The translations under genes were made by a program, and so were the position numbers. Source: an uncultured bacterium (GTDB taxonomy: Bacteria > Krumholzibacteriota > Krumholzibacteriia > LZORAL124-64-63). From it: a stretch of DNA of 64,000 bases. The stretch covers positions 320,001 to 384,000 of the forward strand of contig CAVSGO010000005.1 of assembly GCA_963727525.1 (NCBI GenBank), in the 5' to 3' direction. Shown in pieces: positions 10,345-20,247 of the stretch; the stretch's first letter is position 1, and every line of letters starts with the position of its first letter. The notes beneath the pieces are model-generated. The model saw only the letters and a program-made list of their open reading frames with translations, had not been told where the DNA came from and did no database searches.

Positions 10345-10387
10345 GCGCCGCGGCGACCTGCGACCGGGTCGCCGCGGCGCCTTATTT
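10345..10387 (+). terminator. Intrinsic terminator after MCP
   Basis: 14-bp stem GCGCCGCGGCGACC/GGTCGCCGCGGCGC followed by CTTATTT. Confidence 0.7.
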
Positions 10388-10501
10388 GGCCGACTTCGGG
10401 CACCGAAAAATCACACCGCTGGTATTACGCCCTCTTGGCGTTTCATTGACGGTGGCCGGAGATGGTCGCGCCCTCGTCACCCCTCGCAAGGAGAAGCATC
10501 A

Positions 10502-11752
10502 ATGTCTGGAAAGCGGGTCTGGGGTCTGGTCGCCGTGGTGGTCGTGGCCGCCGCGGGCTTCCTGGTCTGGCGGTCGGCACGCGGAAGCGACGTCGGCACG
10601 GTCTGGCGCACCGAGGATGTCCAGCGCGGCGACGTCGCGGTGCTCGTCTCGGCCACCGGCAGCCTGGAAGCCGTCACCACCGTGACCGTGGGCAGCCAGA
10701 TCAGCGGCACCGTGTCGGCCCTGTACGCCGATTACAACGACCAGGTGAAGGCAGGCCAGGTGCTGGCCCAGCTCGACCCCACCTTCCTCAAGGCGCAGGT
10801 GGCGCAGTCGAGCGCCGACCTCAACCGCACCGAGGTACAGCTACGTCAGGCCGAGCGCGACAGTGCACGCATCTTTCCCCTGCGGAGTGAGGAACTCGTC
10901 TCCCAGGCCGATCTCGACATGGCCCAGACCGCGGTGGACGCAGCTCGCGCCTCCGTGGCATCGGCGCGCGCCAACCTCGACCGCGTGGTGACCAACCTCC
11001 ACTACGCGACCGTGACCTCCCCCATCGACGGCGTCGTGGTGTCGCGCGACGTGGATGTGGGCCAGACCGTGGCCGCCTCGCTGCAGGCCCCCACGCTGTT
11101 CACCATCGCCCAGGACCTCACGCAGATGCAGCTCGAGGCCGCGGTGGACGAAGCCGACATCGGCCAGATCAAGGAAGGTCAGAAGGCCACGTTCACCGTC
11201 GATGCCTATCCCTTCCGCACGTTTGGCGGCACGGTGCACCAGATCCGCCTCGCCCCCGAGGTCGTGCAGAATGTCGTGACCTACACCGTCGTGATCCTGG
11301 TGGAGAATCCGGACAAGATCCTGTTGCCCGGCATGACGGCCAACGTGTCGATCCTGGTGGACGAGGCTCGCGATGTGCTGAAGATCCCGGCCGCCGCGCT
11401 CCGCTTTCAGCCCCCGGGCATGACCACGAGTCGCGCCGGCGGCGCCGGTGCGCGGCCGCGCGGCGGCGGCAATGGCCGTGGCGAACGCGGCACCCTCGCG
11501 CAGGGCGGGGATGCCGGCAGCCACGAGGGCGGTGCGAGGCCGAGCCATGGGCACGTGTTCCTGCCCGGCGCGGCCGAGGGCACCGCGCGGGAGTTGCGCC
11601 TGCGCATCGGTCCAAGCGACGGAAGTTTCACGGCCGTGTACACCGACTCGTTGGTCGAGGGAGAACCTTTGATCGTGGGCCTGGCGAGCGGCGGACGCGG
11701 CCAGGACCAGACCGTCGTCAACCCGTTCATGCCGAATCGGCGGGGACGCTGA
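10502..11752 (+). CDS. Efflux periplasmic adaptor (MacA-like membrane fusion protein)
   Basis: VGSQISG, SPIDGVV, GQTVAASLQAPTLF, VDEADIG, LLPGMTA. Confidence 0.92.
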   Translation: MSGKRVWGLVAVVVVAAAGFLVWRSARGSDVGTVWRTEDVQRGDVAVLVSATGSLEAVTTVTVGSQISGTVSALYADYNDQVKAGQVLAQLDPTFLKAQVAQSSADLNRTEVQLRQAERDSARIFPLRSEELVSQADLDMAQTAVDAARASVASARANLDRVVTNLHYATVTSPIDGVVVSRDVDVGQTVAASLQAPTLFTIAQDLTQMQLEAAVDEADIGQIKEGQKATFTVDAYPFRTFGGTVHQIRLAPEVVQNVVTYTVVILVENPDKILLPGMTANVSILVDEARDVLKIPAAALRFQPPGMTTSRAGGAGARPRGGGNGRGERGTLAQGGDAGSHEGGARPSHGHVFLPGAAEGTARELRLRIGPSDGSFTAVYTDSLVEGEPLIVGLASGGRGQDQTVVNPFMPNRRGR

Positions 11753-11753
11753 G

Positions 11754-12467
11754 ATGAGCGCGCCAGACACGCGCTCGGCTGGCGGCCAGCCGGTCATCGA
11801 GGCCGAACAGATCGTGAAGATCTACGGCCACGGCGAGAACCAGGTGGCGGCCCTGCGGGGCGTGACCTTCACCATCACGGCCGGCGAGATGGTGGCGATC
11901 ATCGGCGCCTCGGGCAGCGGCAAGTCCACGCTCATGAACATCATCGGCTGCCTCGATAGGCCCACCAGCGGCGCCTACCGCCTCGACGGGCACGATGTCA
12001 GCCGCTTCGACCGCGACCAGCTTGCCGAGATCCGCAACGCCAGGCTCGGCTTCGTTTTCCAGAGTTTCAACCTTTTACCGCGCACGTCGGCGCTGGAAAA
12101 CGTGGAGCTGCCACTCGTGTATTCCCAGGCCGACCGCCACCACATGCGCGAGCGCTCGCGATCGTGCCTCGAACTGGTGGGGCTTGGCGACCGCCTCGGG
12201 CACATCCCCAGCCAGCTCTCCGGCGGGCAGCAGCAGCGCGTGGCGATCGCGCGCGCCCTGGTGAACGAACCGGCGCTCCTGCTGGCCGACGAGCCCACCG
12301 GCAACCTCGATACGCGCACGAGCCTGGAGATCATCGACGTGTTCCGCCAGCTCAACGCCGACGGCATGACCGTCGTGTTGATTACCCATGAACCGGACAT
12401 CGCCGCCTTCGCCAGGCGCGTCATCGAGCTGCGCGACGGCGAGATCGTCGAGGATCGGCACACCTAG
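11754..12467 (+). CDS. ABC transporter ATP-binding protein (MacB/LolD-like)
   Basis: GASGSGKST, LSGGQQQR, LADEPTGNLD. Confidence 0.95.
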   Translation: MSAPDTRSAGGQPVIEAEQIVKIYGHGENQVAALRGVTFTITAGEMVAIIGASGSGKSTLMNIIGCLDRPTSGAYRLDGHDVSRFDRDQLAEIRNARLGFVFQSFNLLPRTSALENVELPLVYSQADRHHMRERSRSCLELVGLGDRLGHIPSQLSGGQQQRVAIARALVNEPALLLADEPTGNLDTRTSLEIIDVFRQLNADGMTVVLITHEPDIAAFARRVIELRDGEIVEDRHT

Positions 12468-12476
12468 ACACCGGAG

Positions 12477-13706
12477 GTGCCGCCCATGCTGCGGCTGCTG
12501 CTCTTGGTCAAGACCGCCCTGCGCGCCATCGCGCGCAACAAGATGCGCTCCTCGCTCACCGTGCTGGGCATCATCATCGGCGTGGGTGCCGTGATCGCCA
12601 TGGTCGGTATCGGCGAGGGCGCCAGCCACCTCGTGCAGTCGCAGATCTCGAGTCTGGGCGACAACCTGCTGACCGTTTTCCCGGGTTCCGAGCACCGCGG
12701 CGGCATGCATGGGGGCGCCGGCAGCATGTCCACCCTCACGGCCGAGGACGCCGCGGCGATGGCGCAGCAGGTACCGGAGCTGACGGCCGTGAGCCCGGTG
12801 GCGATGACCGGCGCGCCGGTGGTCTACGGCAACCAGAACTGGACGACCAGCATCACCGGCGGCGGCCCCGACTATCTGCACATCCGCAACTGGGAGATTG
12901 CCGAGGGTGCCAACTTCAACGACTCGGCGGTGCGCAGCGGCGCCAAATTGGCCGTGCTGGGCCAGACCGTCGCCACCCAGCTTTTCGGCACTGCTGACCC
13001 CATCGGCCAGACCGTCCGTATCAAGAAGCTCCCGTTCACGGTGGTCGGCCTGCTCGCGGCCAAGGGCCAGAACAGCTGGGGACGCGATCAGGACGACACG
13101 ATCATCATCCCCTACACCACGCTCATGAAGAAGCTGACGGGCACCACGTACCTCAACATGATCCAGGCGTCGGCCTACTCGATGGACGCCCTGCCGCAGG
13201 TCACGTCGGAGATCGAGGGCCTGTTGCGTCAGCGCCACCGCATCCCGCGGGGCCAGGACGCCGACTTCACCGTCCGCACCCAGCAGGACATCGCCAATAT
13301 CATGGGTTCCACGGCGGGCGTCATGCGCGGATTGCTGGCGGCGATCGCGTCGGTGTCGCTCCTTGTGGGTGGCATCGGCATCATGAACATCATGCTCGTG
13401 TCGGTGACCGAGCGCACCCGCGAGATCGGCATCCGCATGGCCGTGGGCGCCAAGGGCTGGCACGTGATGACCCAGTTTCTGGCCGAGGCCGTGGTGCTGG
13501 CCGCGTTCGGGGGGATCCTCGGTATCCTGCTCGGGGTGGGCGCCGCGCGCCTGGTGGCCCATTTCGCACACTGGCCCATTCTCATCGCGCCGCAGGCCAT
13601 CGCCGTGGCGTTCCTGTTCTCGGCGCTGGTGGGCGTGTTCTTCGGCTTCTGGCCCGCGCGCAAGGCGGCGCGGCTGGACCCGATCGAGGCGCTGCGCTAC
13701 GAGTAG
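12477..13706 (+). CDS. ABC transporter permease (MacB/FtsX-like)
   Basis: RSSLTVLGIIIG, GGIGIMNIMLVSVTERTREIGIR, PIEALRYE; start may be ATG 12486. Confidence 0.95.
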   Translation: MPPMLRLLLLVKTALRAIARNKMRSSLTVLGIIIGVGAVIAMVGIGEGASHLVQSQISSLGDNLLTVFPGSEHRGGMHGGAGSMSTLTAEDAAAMAQQVPELTAVSPVAMTGAPVVYGNQNWTTSITGGGPDYLHIRNWEIAEGANFNDSAVRSGAKLAVLGQTVATQLFGTADPIGQTVRIKKLPFTVVGLLAAKGQNSWGRDQDDTIIIPYTTLMKKLTGTTYLNMIQASAYSMDALPQVTSEIEGLLRQRHRIPRGQDADFTVRTQQDIANIMGSTAGVMRGLLAAIASVSLLVGGIGIMNIMLVSVTERTREIGIRMAVGAKGWHVMTQFLAEAVVLAAFGGILGILLGVGAARLVAHFAHWPILIAPQAIAVAFLFSALVGVFFGFWPARKAARLDPIEALRYE

Positions 13707-13723
13707 CTCGCGGTGGCGTCCGT

Positions 13724-15229
13724 CTACATCTTCCCCCGCAGCGCCCGCTCAGCTTCCTCGGCCATCTCCTGGGCACGCACGTCGTCCATGATCACGGGCG
13801 TCAGCAGCACCACCAGTTCCGTCTTCGTTCGCTGGTGCACTGTGCGCCTGAAGAGGTACCCGAGCAGCGGGATGTCCTTGAGGATGGGCACACCTGCGAT
13901 GTCGAGTTTCGTACCCTCGCTCATCAGGCCGGCGATCACCAGGGTCTGGCCGTCGCCCACCTTACCCACGGTATCCAGCTCGCGCACCGACAGCACCGGC
14001 TGGGTGTCGGCGTTGGGGCTCGACTCGATGCGCACGACATCCGAGATCGTCGGATGCACGTTGAGGGTGATGACACGATCCTGTCCCACCTGCGGCGTCA
14101 CGTCGAGCACGATGCCCACGGGGATGATCTGTGGCGTGTACTGCACGATGGGTTCGGTGGCCACGCCGTTGGTCACCACGGCCGGCTCGACCATGGCCTC
14201 GTAATAGACCTCCTCCGTCACCACACGCACCACGGCCTTCTGGTTGTTGAGGGTGCTGATGCGCGGCGTGCTCAGCACCTTGACGCTCCCTTGCGTGCTG
14301 AGCGCCTCCAGGAGCGCCGAGGTCTTGGAATTCTGCAACACCATCGTCAACACCGGGGCGTCGAGCCCCTCCGTCGACTGGAAATCGACGCCGACGTGCT
14401 TGCCGGTGAGGTTCGACCAGTCGATGCCCGAGCGATCGACGTCCCGCAGAGAGACCTCGAGGATCTTCACCTCGATCGCCACCTGCCGTCGCAGCGATTC
14501 CTCCAGACGCGCGAGCATCGTCTGCACCTTCTGGACACGGTTCCACTCGGCCGTCACCTGCACCAGCCCCGCCATGGCGTTGACCACGAGGCTGCGTCCC
14601 TGCGCGTCGGAGAGGCTGATGGACAGCTCCGTGTCGGCGCCACCCTCGGCTCCGGCCACAGCGCCGGCCTCGAAGACCACGGTCTGCAGGGAGGCGATGA
14701 CCTGCGGCCAGACGGCCATGGTCGCCGAGGTCGTGAGGTGGCTGCGGTTCTCGTCGCCGCCCTCACCGCCGCTGCCGCCGCTGCTGCGCCCACCGCCGCC
14801 GCCACCGCCGCTCGAGCCGCCGGCCCGGCGCGCGGACACCTGAAGTTCGCCCTGGCCTTCGCGCTTCGTCACCGGGTAGTCGAAGGTGAGCCAGCGCGTG
14901 ACCATGCCCTGCTTGTAGACAACGAGGACGTTGTCGACGAACTCGTAGCCCAGGGCCACCGGTTCGAGCACCGCGCTCAGCGCCTGGGGCAACGGCACCG
15001 ATTCCAGGTGCACGTTGACCTCGCCGGTCACGTCGGGGGCGATCTGCAAGCCGAGCCCGGCCTCACTCGCCACCGTGCGCAGCAGTTCGCGGACGTCGAC
15101 CCAGCCGTTGGTCACCAGCGTGACAGGGGTATCCGGCGCCGACGCGTCCTCGCGCGTCTGCCCGTGGCCGGCGCGGGCGCCGGCGAGCAGGACAACGAGG
15201 GCCAGAGTGGTGACGCTGATCTGTCGCAT
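13724..15229 (-). CDS. Secretin (MshL/PilQ/GspD-like)
   Basis: Signal peptide, Gly/Ser linker, QVAIEVKILEV, LSTPRISTLNNQKA, GVPILKDIPLLGYLF. Confidence 0.92.
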   Translation of the reverse strand: MRQISVTTLALVVLLAGARAGHGQTREDASAPDTPVTLVTNGWVDVRELLRTVASEAGLGLQIAPDVTGEVNVHLESVPLPQALSAVLEPVALGYEFVDNVLVVYKQGMVTRWLTFDYPVTKREGQGELQVSARRAGGSSGGGGGGGRSSGGSGGEGGDENRSHLTTSATMAVWPQVIASLQTVVFEAGAVAGAEGGADTELSISLSDAQGRSLVVNAMAGLVQVTAEWNRVQKVQTMLARLEESLRRQVAIEVKILEVSLRDVDRSGIDWSNLTGKHVGVDFQSTEGLDAPVLTMVLQNSKTSALLEALSTQGSVKVLSTPRISTLNNQKAVVRVVTEEVYYEAMVEPAVVTNGVATEPIVQYTPQIIPVGIVLDVTPQVGQDRVITLNVHPTISDVVRIESSPNADTQPVLSVRELDTVGKVGDGQTLVIAGLMSEGTKLDIAGVPILKDIPLLGYLFRRTVHQRTKTELVVLLTPVIMDDVRAQEMAEEAERALRGKM

Positions 15230-15248
15230 GGTTCCATCCTTTGTCGGG

Positions 15249-15869
15249 TCAGGGCCGCTTCGCGGCGTCGGGGCGTTCCAGTTCGGTGCGGCCTTCCGCG
15301 CCGGGCTGCTTGGGTCGGGTTACCAGCGGAAACACCGCGGCCGCGCTCGCGGGCTGTCCCACCGGAAGAAACAGGGACTTGTTGGAGCGGTGCAGGGTGA
15401 CGCCGTCGCGCGAAATGGCGTGCACGCGATAGCCCGCCACGGAGTCCCCGCAGTGATAGGCGTGATTGCCGATGAGCGCGGTCGGTTCGCGTCCTCCCAG
15501 CATGACCGCGTTGCAGGTCGGCACTGCCGGCGAACCGGCGCGGGTCTGCCGCTGTGAGGGCGCTTGTGTCGGGGCTGGCGTGCCGGTGCCCTTCTGAAAG
15601 GGATCGCGGCCGGCCGTGAGATCCGTCGCCCCCCATACCATGCCCGGCGACGGTCCCAGGCTCGCCGTGCCGGTCACATGCCGGCTGGCCGCCTGCGATA
15701 GCGCTGCCGCATCGCTCGGTAGCACGAGCGTTTCGGTCATGGCGGGATCGGCAGCCCCGCCGCCATGCGACAGGAATGGGCCCAGGTTGATCGCCGCCAC
15801 CGCCACGAGCAATACGGCCACCACCATCACGAGGCGCGGATCGCGCAGATCAATCGGATTGTTGCGCAT
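15249..15869 (-). CDS. Pilus/T2SS accessory protein (PilP/MshK/GspC-like position)
   Basis: N-terminal TM helix, RDPF motif, ALIG..GDSVAGYRV.AI..DGV; lies between PilO-like gene and secretin. Confidence 0.55.
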   Translation of the reverse strand: MRNNPIDLRDPRLVMVVAVLLVAVAAINLGPFLSHGGGAADPAMTETLVLPSDAAALSQAASRHVTGTASLGPSPGMVWGATDLTAGRDPFQKGTGTPAPTQAPSQRQTRAGSPAVPTCNAVMLGGREPTALIGNHAYHCGDSVAGYRVHAISRDGVTLHRSNKSLFLPVGQPASAAAVFPLVTRPKQPGAEGRTELERPDAAKRP

Positions 15870-16509
15870 AATACTCCAGCTCCATCTCCACAGCGATCTC
15901 CCCGCGCGACGGCTCGGCGTGCAGCATCTGCAGGTTGAGCGCCCGTTCGATACTCTGTAGACCCGCCACGAAGCGAGCTGTGTGCACGTAGTCGGCAGAG
16001 AACGATATGCGCAGCCGGTACGGATCGAGGTGCGCCGACGGCATGCCACTCTGGTCCGGCATGAACTGGTCGACGAGCATGGCGACCTCGGGATCGGCGG
16101 CCGTACCCCCGTCGTCCTCGCCCAGGTCGCCCTGCTCGAACGACTCTGCGTGCGACGGCACCTCGGTCACGGTGACCGGATCCACGCGGCTCTCGCGTGC
16201 CACACGCGTGATCTCCAGGAACAGCGCCTCGCGTTGCTTCGTGGCAGGGAATTGACGTTCGTACACTGCCTGCTGCTCGGGCTGCCAGCGCTCCGCCGCT
16301 GCGGCGTACCACACGCCGGCGACCGACCAGGCATCGAGGCTGGCGAGGCGGGCCGACTCGGCCTGCATGTCGTGATCCTGGCGATGCGCCACGTGCCAAG
16401 CCGGAACGGCGCCGCCGACGAGCACGATCGCCCACGTGACGCCGGCGACGATCATGAAGAGCCGGTGACCCGGCGAGGACCTGAACCAGACGATCACCTT
16501 CGCGGTCAT
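15850..16509 (-). CDS. PilO/GspM-like inner membrane assembly protein
   Basis: Single TM helix, coiled coil, Y....F...L....R ferredoxin-like C-terminus; operon context. Confidence 0.6.
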   Translation of the reverse strand: MTAKVIVWFRSSPGHRLFMIVAGVTWAIVLVGGAVPAWHVAHRQDHDMQAESARLASLDAWSVAGVWYAAAAERWQPEQQAVYERQFPATKQREALFLEITRVARESRVDPVTVTEVPSHAESFEQGDLGEDDGGTAADPEVAMLVDQFMPDQSGMPSAHLDPYRLRISFSADYVHTARFVAGLQSIERALNLQMLHAEPSRGEIAVEMELEYYAQQSD

Positions 16510-17987
16510 GGCCGGGCCTCCGTGATGCGATACTCGAGTGTGAAGGCGACACGCGATCCGGTGCCAGCGTCCCGCGCGGCATCGATGCCGGCGATCTCGA
16601 GGGCCGACGGTTCGCCAATGGCCGCAAGCCGGGTGCTCGCGGCCAGATCGTCCAGGAACGCCAGGAACACCTCCTGCGCCTGCATGCCATCGCGCCCCTG
16701 GCTCTCGCCACTGAGCGTGAGATGGAACGACGCGTCAGGCGCCTGGGTGATCGCGAGATCCTGGTACACGACGGACGACGGTGTACGCTTCGCGATGTCC
16801 AGGAGCAGTCCGGCGAAATCGACCCGGCCCTGCGTCAAGCGGTCCAGGCTCGCCTGACGCGCCAGCAGAGCACGGTTCTCCAGATAGGCCGCGGTGGCAT
16901 CCTGCGCGCGTTCGTAGGTCGTGCTCTCGTGGTCGGCCAGGGTGCGCAGGCATTCCTGTTGCACGTGTCCGGTCAGCAGGCTGCCACCCAGCACCAGGGG
17001 TACGGCGGCGGCCGCCGCCGCGGCCGCCGCGATGCGCCCGAAGCGGATCAGCTCGCGTCCCCGGGCGGGACGCTGCTCGTGCGGTAGAAGGTTCGGAACA
17101 TCGCGCTCCATCGCCATGGCCGCCGCGATGGCCGGCAGGAGCAGCGCGAGGTCGGCGCCGCCCTCGGGCCACGCGAAGAGGTCCTGCGGCTCCCACGGCT
17201 CGGCCGCGATCTCCACGGCGCTGGCGAGCTGCGCGATCACCGCCGCCGTCAGCTCCGGCTCGCCACACACGACGATACGGTCGACACGCAGGCTGCGTTC
17301 CGCCTGCTGGGCGAAGAAGTTGCTGCGCTCGATCTCGGTGACGAGGCGCTCCACGTACTCCTGCTGCTCCGCGCCGCCCGAGAGGTCGGCTGGAAGCGTG
17401 CGCGTGAACAGCAACCCCTCGGGATCGCCGACACACAGGAAGCGCAGCTGTGGCCCCAGGTACACGAGGTTCCAGGGTCCGGTCACGGTGGCCGGCCGCC
17501 GGCGGCGGTAGAAGGCGTCGAGCGCGAGGTAGCCCGGCAACACGTGGGACACGCGCGCGCCCAGCTCGCGCGCCCGGTCGAGATGCCGGTTCACCACCGT
17601 CGTACGCGCAAAGACCATACCCACGTCCTGACGACCGGCGCGGCGGATCGCCTCGCGGTCGGAGAGCGTGCGGAAGTCGATCGTCCAGTCGCCGGGCTCG
17701 CCGCCTTTCTCGCGCACGAGCACCCCGCGCAGCGCCGTGCCCTGCTGCTTCAGCTTCAATTTCGGCAGCGGCGTGATGAGGTAGGCCGCATCGTCGCCGG
17801 GAACCACGACACTCGTCGGCCCCGCATGGCCGCCCAGGTCGCGCTGCGCGCGCGGGCCGAAACGCTGCTGCGTGGGCACGGTCTCCGACCAGACCACGCG
17901 CAGCAGTTCGGCGGTATGAGCCTGGACCCGGACCGCGACGGCGCGATCGGCCATAAGTGTGAGGCTGGTTCCGGAGCGGTTCTTCAC
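16506..17987 (-). CDS. PilM/PilN (GspL-like) fusion protein
   Basis: Actin-like region (EIERS..F..IVVCGE), then TM helix and PilN-like periplasmic part; GTG start overlaps upstream stop. Confidence 0.6.
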   Translation of the reverse strand: MKNRSGTSLTLMADRAVAVRVQAHTAELLRVVWSETVPTQQRFGPRAQRDLGGHAGPTSVVVPGDDAAYLITPLPKLKLKQQGTALRGVLVREKGGEPGDWTIDFRTLSDREAIRRAGRQDVGMVFARTTVVNRHLDRARELGARVSHVLPGYLALDAFYRRRRPATVTGPWNLVYLGPQLRFLCVGDPEGLLFTRTLPADLSGGAEQQEYVERLVTEIERSNFFAQQAERSLRVDRIVVCGEPELTAAVIAQLASAVEIAAEPWEPQDLFAWPEGGADLALLLPAIAAAMAMERDVPNLLPHEQRPARGRELIRFGRIAAAAAAAAAVPLVLGGSLLTGHVQQECLRTLADHESTTYERAQDATAAYLENRALLARQASLDRLTQGRVDFAGLLLDIAKRTPSSVVYQDLAITQAPDASFHLTLSGESQGRDGMQAQEVFLAFLDDLAASTRLAAIGEPSALEIAGIDAARDAGTGSRVAFTLEYRITEARP

Positions 17988-19018
17988 GGTCCTACTCCCG
18001 GGGGAAGATTGTCCGACACGGTGCCGGGATTGCCGTCCGGTCCCGCCGAGAACACGACGCGCGACGACGCGTTCACCGCGTAGGTGCGCCCCCAACCGTC
18101 CTGGTCGTAGGCCGCAGCCAGCCCCAGCGCCGCGCGGATGCCGCCGGCCCAGGGACCGGCCAGCACGAGGGTGGGCTGCGCGTTGAGCGCCGTCTGGGCG
18201 ATCTCCAGCTCGGAGACCGTGGTATGGCGACCGGGCGGGACACTGCTCACGGTGACGGCGATGTCGTCGCCGCCGCCGTTGTTGTTCTGCCGGTTCGGTC
18301 CGAAACTCGCGATACGCAGCGACGGCGCCGCGCCGCCGAGGCTCGTGAACACATATGCGGTGTTCCAGCCGTCGACGAGCGAGGCGTTCTGGTATCCGGC
18401 ATCGAGATAGCCTCCCACGAGATCGACCGGCGCTGCCGGGAAACTGGCGTGGTCCTGGAAGTAGTCGCGGCAGGCGTCGGCAAGGTTCGTCAGCTCGCCG
18501 CCGGTGGCCGACGTCTTCTCGCGCGCCGCGGGACCCGCACTCACAGCCACGTAGAGGTCGTCGGTGTCGAGAGTGAGATTCCAGGGGTGGTTCAGGCTGC
18601 CCGAGTCCCAGCGATGGTTCACGCCGGGACTGGCCACCAGCACGTCGGCCGTGCCCGCCGGCGTGACACTGGGCGTGGTGTCGAAGGTGTACGTCGTGCC
18701 GAAAGCGTCGGTCAGGATGGCCGCCGTCAGCGCCTCCGCTCCGCCCTCGACGTACGGCCCCTGCCAGTTGGTCGCGCCGGGATCCACCACGAGGGCGATG
18801 AGTCCCTCCGCCTCGGTGGGGAAACGGCCGGTATCGTCGTAGAAGTCCATCAGCCCCTTCTGAATCGTGTTCAGCTCACGGCTCGTGGCGTCGCTGCGCG
18901 CCTCGTTGAGCTGGCGAAACACCACCGGCGTGAGCGCACCCGCCATGATGGCAACGATCGCCACCGCCACGATCACCTCCAGGAGCGTGAAACCCTCACC
19001 TGCAATCTTGCGTGGCAC
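17984..19018 (-). CDS. Prepilin with three tandem GspG-like globular repeats
   Basis: GFTLLEV type IV N-methylation site; WQGPY; repeated D(A/G)(F/W)..Y..S.G motifs; GGAGGG RBS. Confidence 0.8.
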   Translation of the reverse strand: MPRKIAGEGFTLLEVIVAVAIVAIMAGALTPVVFRQLNEARSDATSRELNTIQKGLMDFYDDTGRFPTEAEGLIALVVDPGATNWQGPYVEGGAEALTAAILTDAFGTTYTFDTTPSVTPAGTADVLVASPGVNHRWDSGSLNHPWNLTLDTDDLYVAVSAGPAAREKTSATGGELTNLADACRDYFQDHASFPAAPVDLVGGYLDAGYQNASLVDGWNTAYVFTSLGGAAPSLRIASFGPNRQNNNGGGDDIAVTVSSVPPGRHTTVSELEIAQTALNAQPTLVLAGPWAGGIRAALGLAAAYDQDGWGRTYAVNASSRVVFSAGPDGNPGTVSDNLPPGVGP

Positions 19019-19038
19019 GTCGACCCTCCCTCGCACGG

Positions 19039-20247
19039 CTAGTGCCCGAGCTGGCTGCGGATCTGCAGGATCGGCAGCAGTAGCGAGAGTGCCGCGATCG
19101 CGATCAGGGCGCCCATCACGGCAATGATCACCGCTTCCAGGATCTTGAATGCTTGCTGCAGCGCGCGCGGAAGCTCGCGGTCGTAGTACTCGGCCGCCTT
19201 CAAAAGCGTGGTGTCGAGGCTGCCCGCCTTCTCGCCCACCGCCACGAGGCGCTGGATCAGCGGCGGAAACCATGGGCTGAGGCGGAAGCTCTCGGTGAGC
19301 GTGGCGCCTGTCACCACCCGTTCACGGATCGCGCCGAGTTCCGCCTCGAGCACGGCGTTGCCGACGATCTTCTCCGAGAGTTGGAGCACGCGCAGCAAAC
19401 CAGTGCCCGAACTGAACAGCAGCGAGAAGTGGCGCGCGAAGCGCGCGAGGGCGAGCTTGCGCACGAATGCGCCGAGCGCCGGCAAGCGCAGCATCGTCAG
19501 GTCAATGAGGTAGCGTCCCTGGCGCGTGCGGCGCAGGAACCCGAAAACCACTGAACCGGCGACGATCGCGCCCGCGAGTACCGGCCACCAGTGGCGCAGG
19601 AACGTCCAGAGACCGAGGACCCGTAGGGTCAGGGTGGGCAGCGTGAAATCGGCCGTCTCGAAGATGACCAGGAAGCGCGGGATGACATACAGCAGCAGCA
19701 GCAGGAAGAGCCCGATCACGCCCGTCACGAGGATGGCGGGGTAGACCATGGCCTGGCGGCTGCGGTCGCGCAGGTCGTCGAACCATTCGAGGTACGCCAC
19801 CAGTTCGTTGCAGATCTCTGCGAGATTCCCAGTGTCCTGGCCGGCGCGCACCATCGCCACGTACACGTCCGAGAAGATCTCGGGATGACGTTCGAGGGCG
19901 TCGGCCACCTGCGTGCCGCTGGACACTTCCTCTCGAATGTCGACGATCACGTCGCGAAAGGCGCCGCGTGCGGTGGCCAGTTCGAAATCGCGCATGGCCA
20001 CCAGGATCGGGATGCCCGCGCCCAGACACGTGGCCAGGTGGATCGTGAAGTCGCGCAGTTCGCGGCGTCCGGCGCGCCCAGCTCCGCTGAATGCCTTGCC
20101 CAGCGAACCCAGGGTGGCGCGGCTGTCGAGCAGCACGACGTTTTGCGCGATGAGTTGCGACGCCAGTGCCGCGGCGTTCGGCGCTCGGCGGATGCCGGCC
20201 ACCAGCTCGCCGCCGGGTGTGAGGGCACGATACCGATACTCCCTCAT
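19039..20247 (-). CDS. Type II secretion F / PilC platform protein
   Basis: YRYRA, AGIPIL, HPEIFS..YV.MV.AG..G.L, VGEKAGSL. Confidence 0.92.
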   Translation of the reverse strand: MREYRYRALTPGGELVAGIRRAPNAAALASQLIAQNVVLLDSRATLGSLGKAFSGAGRAGRRELRDFTIHLATCLGAGIPILVAMRDFELATARGAFRDVIVDIREEVSSGTQVADALERHPEIFSDVYVAMVRAGQDTGNLAEICNELVAYLEWFDDLRDRSRQAMVYPAILVTGVIGLFLLLLLYVIPRFLVIFETADFTLPTLTLRVLGLWTFLRHWWPVLAGAIVAGSVVFGFLRRTRQGRYLIDLTMLRLPALGAFVRKLALARFARHFSLLFSSGTGLLRVLQLSEKIVGNAVLEAELGAIRERVVTGATLTESFRLSPWFPPLIQRLVAVGEKAGSLDTTLLKAAEYYDRELPRALQQAFKILEAVIIAVMGALIAIAALSLLLPILQIRSQLGH

